Shown piece by piece: positions 19,126 to 28,679 of a stretch of DNA of 64,000 nucleotides (the stretch's first letter is position 1; each line of letters begins with the position of its first letter). Source of the DNA: Candidatus Woesearchaeota archaeon (GTDB taxonomy: Archaea; Nanobdellota; Nanobdellia; Pacearchaeales; UBA284). Position numbers and translations under genes: made by a program. The notes beneath the pieces were generated by a model. The model did not search any database, was not told the origin of the DNA, and saw only the letters and a list, made by a program, of their open reading frames with translations. Where the stretch lies: contig CAYGZP010000001.1 of NCBI GenBank assembly GCA_964354405.1, positions 15,634 to 79,633 on the forward strand, written 5' to 3'.

Positions 19126-20046
19126 TTATGGCGGCAAGATAACTAAAGACTTTGGCAAGGTTTCTCGATACATGTAAGCCAAAGCAATTTCAAAAGGCGC
19201 TGAATGACTTGCAGCTGCTGATAAAGTTTTCTCGCAAGTGATTGTTCTTACAGTTGTAACTCCAGTCAATGCATTGATTGAACCGTAAGGTGGAACAGCT
19301 GATTGTAACGAGCAAGCGAAGCCTTCCTCGGCCTTGATGCTTATCTCAACTTGGTTCTTTTTCAATTTTTCATCCAAGTCCTGTGTTTGTAGTTTAACAC
19401 AATCAAGTGTAGGCAAATAAACTTCGCCCTTTCCTTTATTCTCGATAGTAAATGTAACATATAATTTGTTTCCCTGAATACTTTCAGTTAAGCTAGTGAC
19501 TTGTAATGGAGCATTAGTGTTGCTTCCTGTCAATATTTTCTCTCCAGAAATGCTGCAGATTCCATCGCCCTTGCCAACACAAATATTTGTCTGTACGAGT
19601 GTAGCATATTTATAGCAAGAGTCAAGTTTGATTGTAAAGTTAAACTCGGCAGGCAAATTTCTCAAAGGCGGAGTCGCTTGGGTGGCAAAAGTCAATCTTT
19701 CCTTGCCCCCCTCCTGCATTGGGGTTTTCTTGTTCAATAAATTAACATTCTGCAGATGTAATGTAACTCCTTGTAAATTCTCGCCTATCCCGCTCAAGAA
19801 GAAATGCGCATTTCCAGGAGCGATGTCAAAACCCCCGTTGTTTGCGATATCAACATAGATTGGATATTTCTCTTCTGTAACAAGCTGTGATGGAGGCGCG
19901 TCAGCAACAAAATTCATTGTTAAGGCAGTCGTGTTAAAAACTGGCTTGGTTTCTTTCTGGCATCCTTGCTGCCCCGAAACTAAAAATAATCCTCCAATTA
20001 ACAAAGCTAAAACAATTCCAACAAAAATATTATGTTTCTCTTTCAT
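19126..20046 (-). CDS. secreted hypothetical protein (paralog of 20062..20994)
   Basis: Signal peptide ending in the LVSGQQGC motif shared with the adjacent gene; 306 aa; no known domain. Confidence 0.45.
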   Translation of the reverse strand: MKEKHNIFVGIVLALLIGGLFLVSGQQGCQKETKPVFNTTALTMNFVADAPPSQLVTEEKYPIYVDIANNGGFDIAPGNAHFFLSGIGENLQGVTLHLQNVNLLNKKTPMQEGGKERLTFATQATPPLRNLPAEFNFTIKLDSCYKYATLVQTNICVGKGDGICSISGEKILTGSNTNAPLQVTSLTESIQGNKLYVTFTIENKGKGEVYLPTLDCVKLQTQDLDEKLKKNQVEISIKAEEGFACSLQSAVPPYGSINALTGVTTVRTITCEKTLSAAASHSAPFEIALAYMYRETLPKSLVILPP

Positions 20047-20061
20047 TTTCCTCTTTTTTTA

Positions 20062-20994
20062 TTAAGTCTTTATGGCGAAAGGATATTGTTTTTCTATCGC
20101 CACTCCGTAATCCAAGGCGATGACAAGCGGATATGCTTGTTGTGACTCTCCAGATAAATATACAACACTTGAGCATTTTATAAGCCTTTCGTTTTGCATG
20201 GTTACTTTGCCTCTGATAATTTCGCCGTTTGCAAGGGAGCATTGCAATTGCTGCGGCGAGAGTTGTGCTGCAAAATAAGTTGTATTTTCTTCTGTGAAAT
20301 CAGCCGAGTATATTTTTACTTGCTGTTGTCTTTTCAAAGAGATTTCCAAATCAACTTTATAAGAATCCTGAACTCTATGAATAGATTTGGTTGCGGCAAT
20401 CAACAAAGGTGAGGGTTCTTGGGCAAGAGCTATCTGCTCATAACCCGGAGTTGGAATTGAAACAGTTCCTGTAGCCTGAGAACTTTGCCTGTATCGAACT
20501 GAAACATACATTTTTTGGCTCCATGGCTGCTGCGAGGCAGGCAATCCCGCATAACTGTAAAAACCATCTTCTGGAAAATAAACATCAACAGTCGCAGGAG
20601 TTATGTCATCAACAATTTTCTTTCCAGTAAGGGTAGAAGTTTCTTTCTTGACAACATCTGCTGCTTGGATGCTGAAGAACTTGCATTCGCCATTGTCCTG
20701 GCTCGAGATGCCTCCATATGTATCAGCCACATTATCCAAGATGCACACTTCTCCTGTTTTCGATTTTTGATCATAATTTTCTATATGAACCCCGACATAG
20801 AAACTTTCTCCTTGCTGCAGTGTTCTTCCTGAAGCGAGATAATCAACTCCCTCAAACAGATTGAAATCCAATCCATATTTGCCTGCCTGTGTTTTTCCAC
20901 CTCCGCCCAAGCCAAAACCCTCACAGCCCTGTTGAGCAGACACAAGAAGCAGAATAATTGCTAGAGCTCCGACAACAAAAATATTTTTATTCAT
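20062..20994 (-). CDS. secreted hypothetical protein (paralog)
   Basis: Signal peptide ending LLVSAQQGC; 310 aa. Confidence 0.45.
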   Translation of the reverse strand: MNKNIFVVGALAIILLLVSAQQGCEGFGLGGGGKTQAGKYGLDFNLFEGVDYLASGRTLQQGESFYVGVHIENYDQKSKTGEVCILDNVADTYGGISSQDNGECKFFSIQAADVVKKETSTLTGKKIVDDITPATVDVYFPEDGFYSYAGLPASQQPWSQKMYVSVRYRQSSQATGTVSIPTPGYEQIALAQEPSPLLIAATKSIHRVQDSYKVDLEISLKRQQQVKIYSADFTEENTTYFAAQLSPQQLQCSLANGEIIRGKVTMQNERLIKCSSVVYLSGESQQAYPLVIALDYGVAIEKQYPFAIKT

Positions 20995-21032
20995 CTTTCC
21001 TTTTTCTTTCCTCTTTTCATTTTTTATGGTGA

Positions 21033-22295
21033 TTACGGCGACTTGATTATTCTCGCTGAATAAGTCGAGTAAACAATATATTTAGATTCTAGCACGACAG
21101 GAGTTAAAACACTTGTTCTTGGCGCGCTTGAGACATACAGTTGGCAAGGCCACGAGAATTTGTCATAAGTTGAGTCATACTGGGTTGAGTTTCTCAATGC
21201 TCCGTAACTATAATCCTTAATCTCGAGCTCGTGATCAATCCCTTGGAAACCTTCACATTGTATCATGATATCATCTGTGAATTTCAAGTTCATATAATTC
21301 AATTCTTTAAGTTTTACATCTTCTGCTCTTTTCTTCAAAACTATAGTGAACTCATAATCTTTGCCTTCATTGAATGGCATATCATTATTGCTTGCCATCG
21401 CAATGCTATAAGGCGCATTGAACTGCATCGAGCTTCTCACTAATCCTATCTTTGGCTCTTGTCCAATGTGCACAGGCCATGTCGTCTTGACAGTTACTGG
21501 CCGCTCGAGCTCAACAACAACATAATCAGAATAAAGTTGCTTGTCAGCTGCGTCATATATATCGCCGACACATCTCAGACTCGTGTGTAACTCTTCGCCG
21601 AGCTGCGTTGTTCCGAACACAAACTCATCTCCAAAAGCATAAGTTCCCATATTCTCAACTCTTAACTCTTGTCTTTTGTCTTTTCCCAAGTAGCATTTGG
21701 GGGTTACTTTAAGCTCAGCGAGCTCAGGATTGATTACAGTTATCGATACCCCCAGATTAACGCGGTTTTGGACAATCCTGTTTTCTGAAAAACTTACATC
21801 TACTCTAAGCTCCTCTTGCGCACTCTGAACATCAGGAGCTTCCCAATCAATCAAGAAAGGACAAGGCGGCTTCAAGTAGAAACATGCGCCCCAGTTAGTT
21901 CTCAAGTCATGCCATCCCTTGCCGACAGAATCAAACATTGGAGAAGCGAACTTCAAGTACTCGGAAGTCAATGGAAGTTTCCATAAAAATATTCCTGCCC
22001 ATATCACTCCGATAATAATAACCAAAACAAACAGATAAGTCACTGGCTTTTTGAGCCATTCAGGGAGAATATACCATATGAAAGTTATCAAGTATATCGC
22101 GATAAATCCGACGATAAATCCAAATGTGGCCAATATCAAAGAAGCAAACAATCCCTGGAATCCAATGTTGAATATCGCAAACAAGCTCAAGACAACCCCG
22201 ATTACTGCTCCGATAATGCCCCCTGCCAAGCCTGCTGGCAAAGAAGCTTTGAAAGAATCCTCTACACTTAATGTTTTTGGCTCTTCATCAGGCAT
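21033..22295 (-). CDS. membrane protein with about 4 N-terminal TM helices and a large extracytoplasmic domain
   Basis: 420 aa. Hydrophobic helices in residues 20-110, followed by a Cys-containing soluble domain. Third gene of a minus-strand operon 19126-22295. Confidence 0.45.
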   Translation of the reverse strand: MPDEEPKTLSVEDSFKASLPAGLAGGIIGAVIGVVLSLFAIFNIGFQGLFASLILATFGFIVGFIAIYLITFIWYILPEWLKKPVTYLFVLVIIIGVIWAGIFLWKLPLTSEYLKFASPMFDSVGKGWHDLRTNWGACFYLKPPCPFLIDWEAPDVQSAQEELRVDVSFSENRIVQNRVNLGVSITVINPELAELKVTPKCYLGKDKRQELRVENMGTYAFGDEFVFGTTQLGEELHTSLRCVGDIYDAADKQLYSDYVVVELERPVTVKTTWPVHIGQEPKIGLVRSSMQFNAPYSIAMASNNDMPFNEGKDYEFTIVLKKRAEDVKLKELNYMNLKFTDDIMIQCEGFQGIDHELEIKDYSYGALRNSTQYDSTYDKFSWPCQLYVSSAPRTSVLTPVVLESKYIVYSTYSARIIKSP

Positions 22296-22520
22296 TTTTT
22301 CCTCTTTTCTTTATAAAAACCCACTCTTATAAAAAGGTTAAAATTTATTAATATATAATCTTTTCTCTTTCGTATGGATTACGGTTTTTCAGAACAGCGG
22401 AAAAGCAAAAAAAGCTTGAAAAAGAAGCGCGCTTACAATATTTATAAAAGGGGCGGCTCTCAAAGAACAAGGAAAAAACAAGAAAATAAAAAGGGATAAT
22501 AGGCAGATTAAACAAATAAA

Positions 22521-23399
22521 ATGGACTTGATAATATTGAGCGACATCTTGTTGTTTTCCATAGCTTTCGCGTTCTTGATATTCGCCTCGATAACCGACAT
22601 AAAGCGGCGAGAGGTTCCAAACTGGCTTTGTTTCTCATTGATCGCGATTGCTTTCTCCATAAGAATTCTTGCTTCAGTCCTAACATCCCAATTTTCATAC
22701 TTGTTTTATGCAATAATCGCCTTCATACTTTTCTTCATTCTCGCTAATGTGCTTTATTATGCAAAATTCTTCGGCGGGGGGGATGCAAAGCTCATTATGG
22801 CATTGGCGATTGTCTTCGCGACAACTCCCTCTTTCATAATAGCATCATCTTTAGAACTTTTCCAGGAGCCATTTCTCCTAAGTTTCCTGATAAACATTTT
22901 CTTCTTGGGCTCGGTTTACAGCATTTTCTTCATAATATTCTTCGCGATAAAAAATTATAGGAGCCTCAAAACAGAAATAAAAAAAATGTGGAAAAAAAGC
23001 AAGACAATGCGGATAATCTTTCTTGTTCTTGCTATAATCTCTCTTGCATTGACATATTTCTCAACACTATTTCTTCTATTCCCTGTAATCATCTTGCTGT
23101 TCCCTCTTCTCTATATTATAGTCAAGGCAACTGAGAACTCGTGCATGATAAAACTTGTCTCTCCGCGAGAACTGACAGAAGGTGACTGGCTTGTCGGTAA
23201 AATTAAAATGGGCAAAAAAATCATCAAGCCAAGCGTCCATGGCCTAAGCTCTCAAGACATCGCAGCATTAAGAAAAGCAAACAAAAAAGTTCTGATAAAA
23301 TATGGCATCCCTTTCGTGCCAGTGTTTCTCATCGCGCTTGTAGCCACAGCATTGTTCGGCGATTTGATTGTTCTAATAATCAAGGCATTCTTCTTTTAA
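22521..23399 (+). CDS. type IV prepilin / preflagellin peptidase (A24 family, PibD/FlaK-like)
   Basis: Catalytic Asp motifs ITDIKRREVPNWL and GGGDAKL in a polytopic membrane protein; 292 aa. Confidence 0.6.
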   Translation: MDLIILSDILLFSIAFAFLIFASITDIKRREVPNWLCFSLIAIAFSIRILASVLTSQFSYLFYAIIAFILFFILANVLYYAKFFGGGDAKLIMALAIVFATTPSFIIASSLELFQEPFLLSFLINIFFLGSVYSIFFIIFFAIKNYRSLKTEIKKMWKKSKTMRIIFLVLAIISLALTYFSTLFLLFPVIILLFPLLYIIVKATENSCMIKLVSPRELTEGDWLVGKIKMGKKIIKPSVHGLSSQDIAALRKANKKVLIKYGIPFVPVFLIALVATALFGDLIVLIIKAFFF

Positions 23400-24081
23400 C
23401 ATGCCTCATTATTTTCTCGTTCTCGTCTTCTTCTTCCTTCTTTTTAACTTTGGCGATTTTCTCTCTTTCAACTTCAAGTTTGCTTCCGATTTCTCTTGCA
23501 GCTTCTTTTCTTAGCTTCTCGCCTAACTTTTCCAATTCTTTTTTATCAGCTTTAAGTTTGTTCCATTCAAAGCTGACTTTATCCTTGCCATATCGAGGAA
23601 TTAAATTGATGCAGAAATGTTTTACTCGTTGTCCAGCTTCATCGCCCTGAGCAACAAAAACATTTGCAGCTTTTGCTCCAGTGACTTTCAGGAAAACCGG
23701 CATGATTGATTTGACAAAAACAAACAATTTATTTAACAACACATCTGAGATATTTTCTATTTTCTCTAAATGCTGTTTCGGCATCACAAGCATATGCCCT
23801 ACAGACGCAGGATAAACATCTAATATTGCAATAATATCAGAATCTTCATAAATTTTTATTGTATCAAGCTTTCCTTCGATAATCTGGCAAAAAATACATT
23901 CATTCTCTCCATCATTGTGTTGTTTCTGCTGTGCCCTCACAAATTGTTCCAATTGCTCGTTGTTCGCGCTCTTGATTTGTTTTTTCAATGTCTCTGCTTG
24001 TTCCTGTTGCTCTTCAGGAAGATTATCAAGTTGCTCAAGCAACTGTTCTCTGATTTCTTCTGCTTCTTCGTCGCTAAACAT
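23380..24081 (-). CDS. HIT-family-like protein with degenerate histidine triad
   Basis: CIFCQII...GHMLVMPKQH is an HIT N-terminal signature, but the triad region reads HFCINLIPRY (HxCxN instead of HxHxH). Acidic N-terminal and KE-rich C-terminal extensions. Confidence 0.45.
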   Translation of the reverse strand: MFSDEEAEEIREQLLEQLDNLPEEQQEQAETLKKQIKSANNEQLEQFVRAQQKQHNDGENECIFCQIIEGKLDTIKIYEDSDIIAILDVYPASVGHMLVMPKQHLEKIENISDVLLNKLFVFVKSIMPVFLKVTGAKAANVFVAQGDEAGQRVKHFCINLIPRYGKDKVSFEWNKLKADKKELEKLGEKLRKEAAREIGSKLEVEREKIAKVKKKEEEDENEKIMRHVKRRMP

Positions 24082-24125
24082 TTTATTTTTTGTTTTTCTT
24101 TTGATAAAATCTTTTTCTAAAAGAT

Positions 24126-24398
24126 TTAGCCAAAAGCCCTTCTGAAGTCTATGGTTTCAACCGATTGTACATTCTCAATTTTTGCAACAGCGTTCTCAAT
24201 CAAATCCAGATCTTTATTCTCAGGCCAGGCAATAGTCAATATGAGCGCATTCAAGCCAAAAGCAATAGGCTCTATCTCACTCGCGTGTAGCCTTGCTTCC
24301 AAACCCTCTATAACTTCTTTTGCATCAGTTTTTATTTTTTCTAAATCAACTTCAGGAGAAACAGGCATTATTTTTATCTTCAAAGCCGCGACCGCCAT
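24126..24398 (-). CDS. translation elongation factor 1-beta (aEF-1beta)
   Basis: 90 aa. MAVAALKIKIMPVSPEVDLEKIK...IEPIAFGLNALIL matches archaeal EF1B. Confidence 0.7.
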   Translation of the reverse strand: MAVAALKIKIMPVSPEVDLEKIKTDAKEVIEGLEARLHASEIEPIAFGLNALILTIAWPENKDLDLIENAVAKIENVQSVETIDFRRAFG

Positions 24399-24413
24399 TT
24401 TATATCGTTTCCT

Positions 24414-24566
24414 TTAAGGCCCTCCGAAACCACAAGAACATTTATATTTAATACTGAGCTTTCTGCAGCGAACACATCTTACTATCTTATTCTTTTCGCA
24501 TTGTGGGCATTTAAAAATAATATTAACCCCTTCCACTTCTTTTCCGCAACATGTACATTTTACCAT
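24414..24566 (-). CDS. small Zn-ribbon protein (COG2888-like predicted RNA-binding Zn-ribbon); not in ORF track (<60 aa)
   Basis: Manual translation: MVKCTCCGKEVEGVNIIFKCPQCEKNKIVRCVRCRKLSIKYKCSCGFGGP, 50 aa with four Cys pairs. Sits between aIF2-alpha and EF1-beta as in other archaea. Confidence 0.5.
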   Translation of the reverse strand: MVKCTCCGKEVEGVNIIFKCPQCEKNKIVRCVRCRKLSIKYKCSCGFGGP

Positions 24567-24594
24567 TTTGTTTTTAGTTTTATTTTTAGTTTAT

Positions 24595-25368
24595 CTACTT
24601 TTCTTTGATTTCAGCTTTATAATTGTTTTCTTTGGCTTTTGCAAGCAGCTCGCCAAGCAAGTTCTGTAATTTCTTGTTTGCCTCTTTATAATTTGAGCTT
24701 TCCAAACTTACAAGATAATTCGGCGCGCCGATATAACTCACTTCCGCGCCCTTGCCTTCAATCTCAACCAAAACTTTCTTTATTTTCTCTATTCCATCGG
24801 CTGCCTCGCTTGTCAGAGCGATTTTTGATTTTGCCACAATCTTTTTTTCTCTTAGCTTCTCACCAACAACTTCCATTAACTTGTTAATCTCTTCATTGTT
24901 CAACTTTTCTTTTAATAAAACTCTGGCTTCTTCAGGGTTGCTGACTATCTTCTGCAGCAAATCGCTGAACTTTATCTTTTTCTTGAGCGCATTTGTGATT
25001 GACTCTGATTTCGCTTTGTCTTTTATGATTAAATTTAGCACAACCAAAAATTCTTTCTCTCTTTTGTATTCTTGTATAATCTCTTTCTTCTCTTTCGAGC
25101 CCACTCGTCTTAAAGATAAATCAATATGTCCTTTGATACGATCAATTCTGAGCGCTTTGCAGACAATTTTCTGTCCGATTCTTACATAATCCCTGATATT
25201 TCTTATCCTGCCCGGCGCAACCTCACTGAAGCTGATAACTCCCTCTTTGTTATAAGTCTCCAGCTTGACAAAAACGCTTGTCCCGATTACTTTGACTACA
25301 GTTCCAAACAGAACTTCATCATCCTCTGGGAATTCTCTGGCAGATTCTTTGATATTCTCTTCGCTCAT
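24595..25368 (-). CDS. eif2a: translation initiation factor 2 alpha subunit (aIF2-alpha)
   Basis: N-terminal S1 domain GTVVKVIGTSVFVKLETYNKEGVISFSEV...IRNIRDYVRIGQ...GHIDLSLRRV. Confidence 0.85.
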   Translation of the reverse strand: MSEENIKESAREFPEDDEVLFGTVVKVIGTSVFVKLETYNKEGVISFSEVAPGRIRNIRDYVRIGQKIVCKALRIDRIKGHIDLSLRRVGSKEKKEIIQEYKREKEFLVVLNLIIKDKAKSESITNALKKKIKFSDLLQKIVSNPEEARVLLKEKLNNEEINKLMEVVGEKLREKKIVAKSKIALTSEAADGIEKIKKVLVEIEGKGAEVSYIGAPNYLVSLESSNYKEANKKLQNLLGELLAKAKENNYKAEIKEK

Positions 25369-25432
25369 GTTAAAATCTCACAAAATTTATTGTTGACTAT
25401 TTGACTATATCTTTGACTATATCTATTTGAAC

Positions 25433-25618
25433 CTATTTGAAAACTTCAAGAACTTTCGCTCGAACCTTGGATTTGCTCGCGGCTGGCTTAGCCAATATAT
25501 AATTGCAGCCCAAGCATCTTACATTAGTCGTTGCCTTGCCGAATATTGCTTGTTCCGCGCTGCATTTAGGGCATCTAACTCGTACAAACTTGCTCTTGGT
25601 GACTCGTATTTCTTTCAT
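25433..25618 (-). CDS. rps27e: 30S ribosomal protein S27e
   Basis: 61 aa; C4 zinc finger VRCPKCSAEQAIFGKATTNVRCLGCNYILAKP. Confidence 0.85.
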   Translation of the reverse strand: MKEIRVTKSKFVRVRCPKCSAEQAIFGKATTNVRCLGCNYILAKPAASKSKVRAKVLEVFK

Positions 25619-25655
25619 AACTAACCTAAGAAAAATGTGTATTTTAAATCTTTCT

Positions 25656-27065
25656 TTAACACACTAACTTTATCTCTTGCGCGGCAAGTTTCTTTTCCAA
25701 AAGCTCAAGAAACTCGGATTCTTTTTCCTTTGAAATTAAACATCCAGCCGCGTTAATGTGTCCGCCGACCTCGCCGCCAGTCCATTCAACAACATCCTGC
25801 AGAATATTATACAAGTTTATCTCTCCGTTCTTGTTTCTGTCTTTCACAATTCGCGCAGAAACTTTAATTTTTGAATCCTTGCGATATGCCATGCCCACGA
25901 TGATAGTGCCAGTATCATAAATATAAGAAGAAGCCATAATACTTACAATTGTCCCTATGATTGTATCTTTAATCGCATCCTTCGCATTGATAATCACATA
26001 GCCATCGCCCTGGATTTTTGGCTTGCTGTTAACCCAATTCAATCCCTTGACAATATGATGCTTATATTGCGCATAAACTTCCTCTATCTTTGAATGAGCT
26101 CGCTTCGAGTCAGTCAAGAAAGCTAAAGCAAGCGAGCTATAACCCAATCTGCCGCAAGCATTTAACATTGTGCTGATTTCCCTTGCATCGAACAGATGAT
26201 TCAGCAATTTTATTAGATAGATATTATCAAGAACATCTTGATTATGTCCGTTGCTCACTCTTCTCAGCAAAACTGCAGTTATCAATCTCGAAAGTTCATC
26301 CTTATTCAAATCTAAAAGAGTCTTGTAGCCATTATTTGTCTTAACCTCTATCCCTAAATCTCGCAGCATTGTTAGCGCGCCGTTGGGCGAGCCAGTAATC
26401 CCAGGAATGAATATGCTCGAACTGAACTCAAGAGCCTTATGAATCGGCCTCATCGACGAAAATACAGTCAATCCCTTTTTAATCTGCATGCCGCTTTCCT
26501 CAGCGTCTTTTAAAATTCCTCGGGCAGTCTTACCTATATTTTTGTCAAGAACATCCCCAATCAAGCCGAGCACAGCAAGCTGAGCCAGATTTTTATCAGC
26601 TCCAAGCTCCTTGACAAACAGATAAGTTAAACATGAAGCGCTCACTTTTTCATTATTGTAAAGATGCGGCGATATAAAGAATAGATTTTTGTCAGACAAA
26701 TTGTCAGCAGATTGAAACTCCGCTACTTTCGATTCAATTTCATGATGATCTATGACAAAAACACAAACATCTTTGGCAATTTCTTTTATCTGTGCTATCT
26801 TGCTTGAGCCCAAATCCAAAAACACAAGCGCTTTCCATTTCTGCTTCTTAGCTTCTTGAATCAATTGCTCAAGCATCTCCGGCTCAAGCTGTTTCACAGT
26901 AGATATCCAATAAATTTGATTTTCTTTTTTCAGAGATTGCGAGAAAATCGCCGCAGAAGTCAATCCGTCTGTATCGAGATGTGAGATAACGCGGATCATC
27001 CCTTCTTTTGAAAATATTTCTTTCAATTTTTTAACAGCTTCTTCTAACATTTTCCTCTTTTCCAA
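25656..27065 (-). CDS. DHH-family RecJ-like nuclease (GAN/archaeal Cdc45-RecJ homologue)
   Basis: DHH motifs ISHLDTDGLTSAAI and VFVIDHH; DHHA1-like C-terminus with GGH; 469 aa. Confidence 0.7.
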   Translation of the reverse strand: MEKRKMLEEAVKKLKEIFSKEGMIRVISHLDTDGLTSAAIFSQSLKKENQIYWISTVKQLEPEMLEQLIQEAKKQKWKALVFLDLGSSKIAQIKEIAKDVCVFVIDHHEIESKVAEFQSADNLSDKNLFFISPHLYNNEKVSASCLTYLFVKELGADKNLAQLAVLGLIGDVLDKNIGKTARGILKDAEESGMQIKKGLTVFSSMRPIHKALEFSSSIFIPGITGSPNGALTMLRDLGIEVKTNNGYKTLLDLNKDELSRLITAVLLRRVSNGHNQDVLDNIYLIKLLNHLFDAREISTMLNACGRLGYSSLALAFLTDSKRAHSKIEEVYAQYKHHIVKGLNWVNSKPKIQGDGYVIINAKDAIKDTIIGTIVSIMASSYIYDTGTIIVGMAYRKDSKIKVSARIVKDRNKNGEINLYNILQDVVEWTGGEVGGHINAAGCLISKEKESEFLELLEKKLAAQEIKLVC

Positions 27066-27126
27066 TTTCTGATTAATTTCTAGTTCCCCGTAGTCTTTCT
27101 CGCTCTGTTCCTTCCCTAATCCTTGC

Positions 27127-27525
27127 CTACTTTTTCTTTCTTTTCTGATAATGCTCTAACTTTCTTATCTTAGCTTCTGTCAATTGTAATCCTCGCTTAG
27201 CTGTCTTGTCGCCCTTATTCTTCTCAAAATGCTTTCCGAGAGTTTTGGCTTTCTTGCGTAAAGCTGTTAATTCCAGAGGTTGAACCTCTATATTGTTCTC
27301 TTTAAGAATCTTCTCGATTTTCTTTCCAGTGATAATCCTAACACTTGGAATGCCATAATTGTCTCTAAGAGTCAATCCAATCTTAGCAGAATCCATGCCT
27401 TCTTTCGCAAGTTTCACTACAAGTTCTTCTAAATCCTTCGCGCTAAGCTTAATCCAATAGGGCTTTTCCTGTTTAGGAGAGTGGCTTCCTGCTTTTCCTC
27501 TTCCCCCACCATATAATGTTGTCAT
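27127..27525 (-). CDS. rps15: 30S ribosomal protein S15 (uS15/S13e)
   Basis: Full-length similarity to S13e/S15P (SAKDLEELVVKLAKEGMDSAKIGLTLRD...HYQKRKK). Confidence 0.85.
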   Translation of the reverse strand: MTTLYGGGRGKAGSHSPKQEKPYWIKLSAKDLEELVVKLAKEGMDSAKIGLTLRDNYGIPSVRIITGKKIEKILKENNIEVQPLELTALRKKAKTLGKHFEKNKGDKTAKRGLQLTEAKIRKLEHYQKRKKK

Positions 27526-27617
27526 TTTTTCCTTAGTATTAACTCCTATATACTTTTATTTTTAAATCTTTTGTAACTAAAATTTAGAACAAGGAAAAAT
27601 AATCAAGAATTATAAAA

Positions 27618-27690
27618 TAGCCCCGCCCGGATTCGAACCGGGGTCTCAGGCTCCAAAGGCCTAAATGCTTGACCGCTACACTACGGGGCT
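27618..27690 (-). tRNA. tRNA-Gln (anticodon UUG)
   Basis: Manual fold of AGCCCCG/CGGGGCU acceptor, D arm, anticodon stem UAGGC/GCCUG with loop CUUUGGA, and T arm CCCGG-UUCGAAU-CCGGG. 73 nt with an A1 start typical of archaeal tRNA-Gln. A T-run follows. Confidence 0.8.
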
Positions 27691-27752
27691 TTAAGAATTT
27701 CAAGACTGTATCTTTTAAAAACCTTATCAAGAATTCAAGATAACAATAGCCA

Positions 27753-28679
27753 TTACAGTTTTTTTATGAAAATATAACTGCCTAACATCTCGCAATATGC
27801 TTTGGCTTTCTTTGTCATCTCGCCATAAGTCAGAAACAAGACAGGCATTTTCCTCAGCATGCCTTGCTGATAAGCCAGGCTTAGATCAGCCTCGCTGATT
27901 TTTTTCTTTGTAGTTCCAACAACTAATAACTTTGCCTTGCCGAAATTGAAATTAGCATGGACAATGCAAATCAGCTCGCCTTCATTAATTTCCGCGATAA
28001 TCTCCACTCCCTGCCCCTTGAGATGCTCATAAATTTTAGCATAAAAATCTTCCTTGCCTTTCTTCCTCGAAACCTTTGGCCTGACTTCCTTGACTTCCGG
28101 GGCCTCTTTTTTTTCTGCGACAATTTCTTTCTTTTCTTCTCTTACTGCTTTTCTTTTCTTTTTCAAAATTTCCTCTACTTTTTTTAGGGCATCTTCTTGA
28201 GCAAGCAAATGATAACGCCAAAAAGTTTTGTCCTTGCCATCGACAGAAAGCTTCAAAGGCATCGCAAAATCCTTGATGCTTTTCATTGCAACGCGATGCG
28301 CAGGCTCAAGAAACTCCTCATCCAACACTTGCGCATCTTTTAAAATCTGAAAAGCTTCCTTCTCTTTAGCTTGAAGATGATTAACAAAGTTATCAAGCAA
28401 AGCATCTTGCCCTTCAACATAATATAAAGGCGAGCCCCCAACTTTCAGATTAGTGAACTTTACACTTTTGTCATTAACCATCTCGCTCAGCAACGCAGAA
28501 GTAAACAACAATGACATATTGACTTCGCGCGAGATAACACTGGGCAATGATGGCCCCTTGTTTTTCATAAGCTCGACAATCGTCTGTTTTTTCAATTGAA
28601 GTTGCTTAACTCTGTCATTATTATAATTAACTTGCATTTTACTTTTTCTTTCCTCAAGGTCTTGTCCAAGAAACTTCAT
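27753..28679 (-). CDS. hypothetical protein (possible nucleic-acid-binding; KE-rich linker)
   Basis: 308 aa with N-terminal helical domain, KE-rich middle and a conserved-looking C-terminal alpha/beta domain. No confident family. Confidence 0.25.
   Translation of the reverse strand: MKFLGQDLEERKSKMQVNYNNDRVKQLQLKKQTIVELMKNKGPSLPSVISREVNMSLLFTSALLSEMVNDKSVKFTNLKVGGSPLYYVEGQDALLDNFVNHLQAKEKEAFQILKDAQVLDEEFLEPAHRVAMKSIKDFAMPLKLSVDGKDKTFWRYHLLAQEDALKKVEEILKKKRKAVREEKKEIVAEKKEAPEVKEVRPKVSRKKGKEDFYAKIYEHLKGQGVEIIAEINEGELICIVHANFNFGKAKLLVVGTTKKKISEADLSLAYQQGMLRKMPVLFLTYGEMTKKAKAYCEMLGSYIFIKKL

Noticed and set aside
22348-22713. 121-aa minus-strand ORF overlapping the prepilin peptidase start and its promoter
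   Set aside because: It has Arg/Ser-rich low-complexity translation and overlaps a well-supported gene and intergenic promoter; likely spurious.
23915-24417. Cys/Ser/Phe-rich + strand ORFs (23915..24145, 23917..24120, 24151..24417)
   Set aside because: They are antisense to the HIT and EF1-beta genes and reflect a low-complexity reading of AT/CT-rich sequence.
27753-28679. Assignment of the 308-aa ORF as TFE or an RNA polymerase subunit or nuclease
   Set aside because: There was only vague resemblance (a winged-helix-like N-terminus and an alpha/beta C-terminal domain) and no diagnostic motif; it is left as hypothetical.
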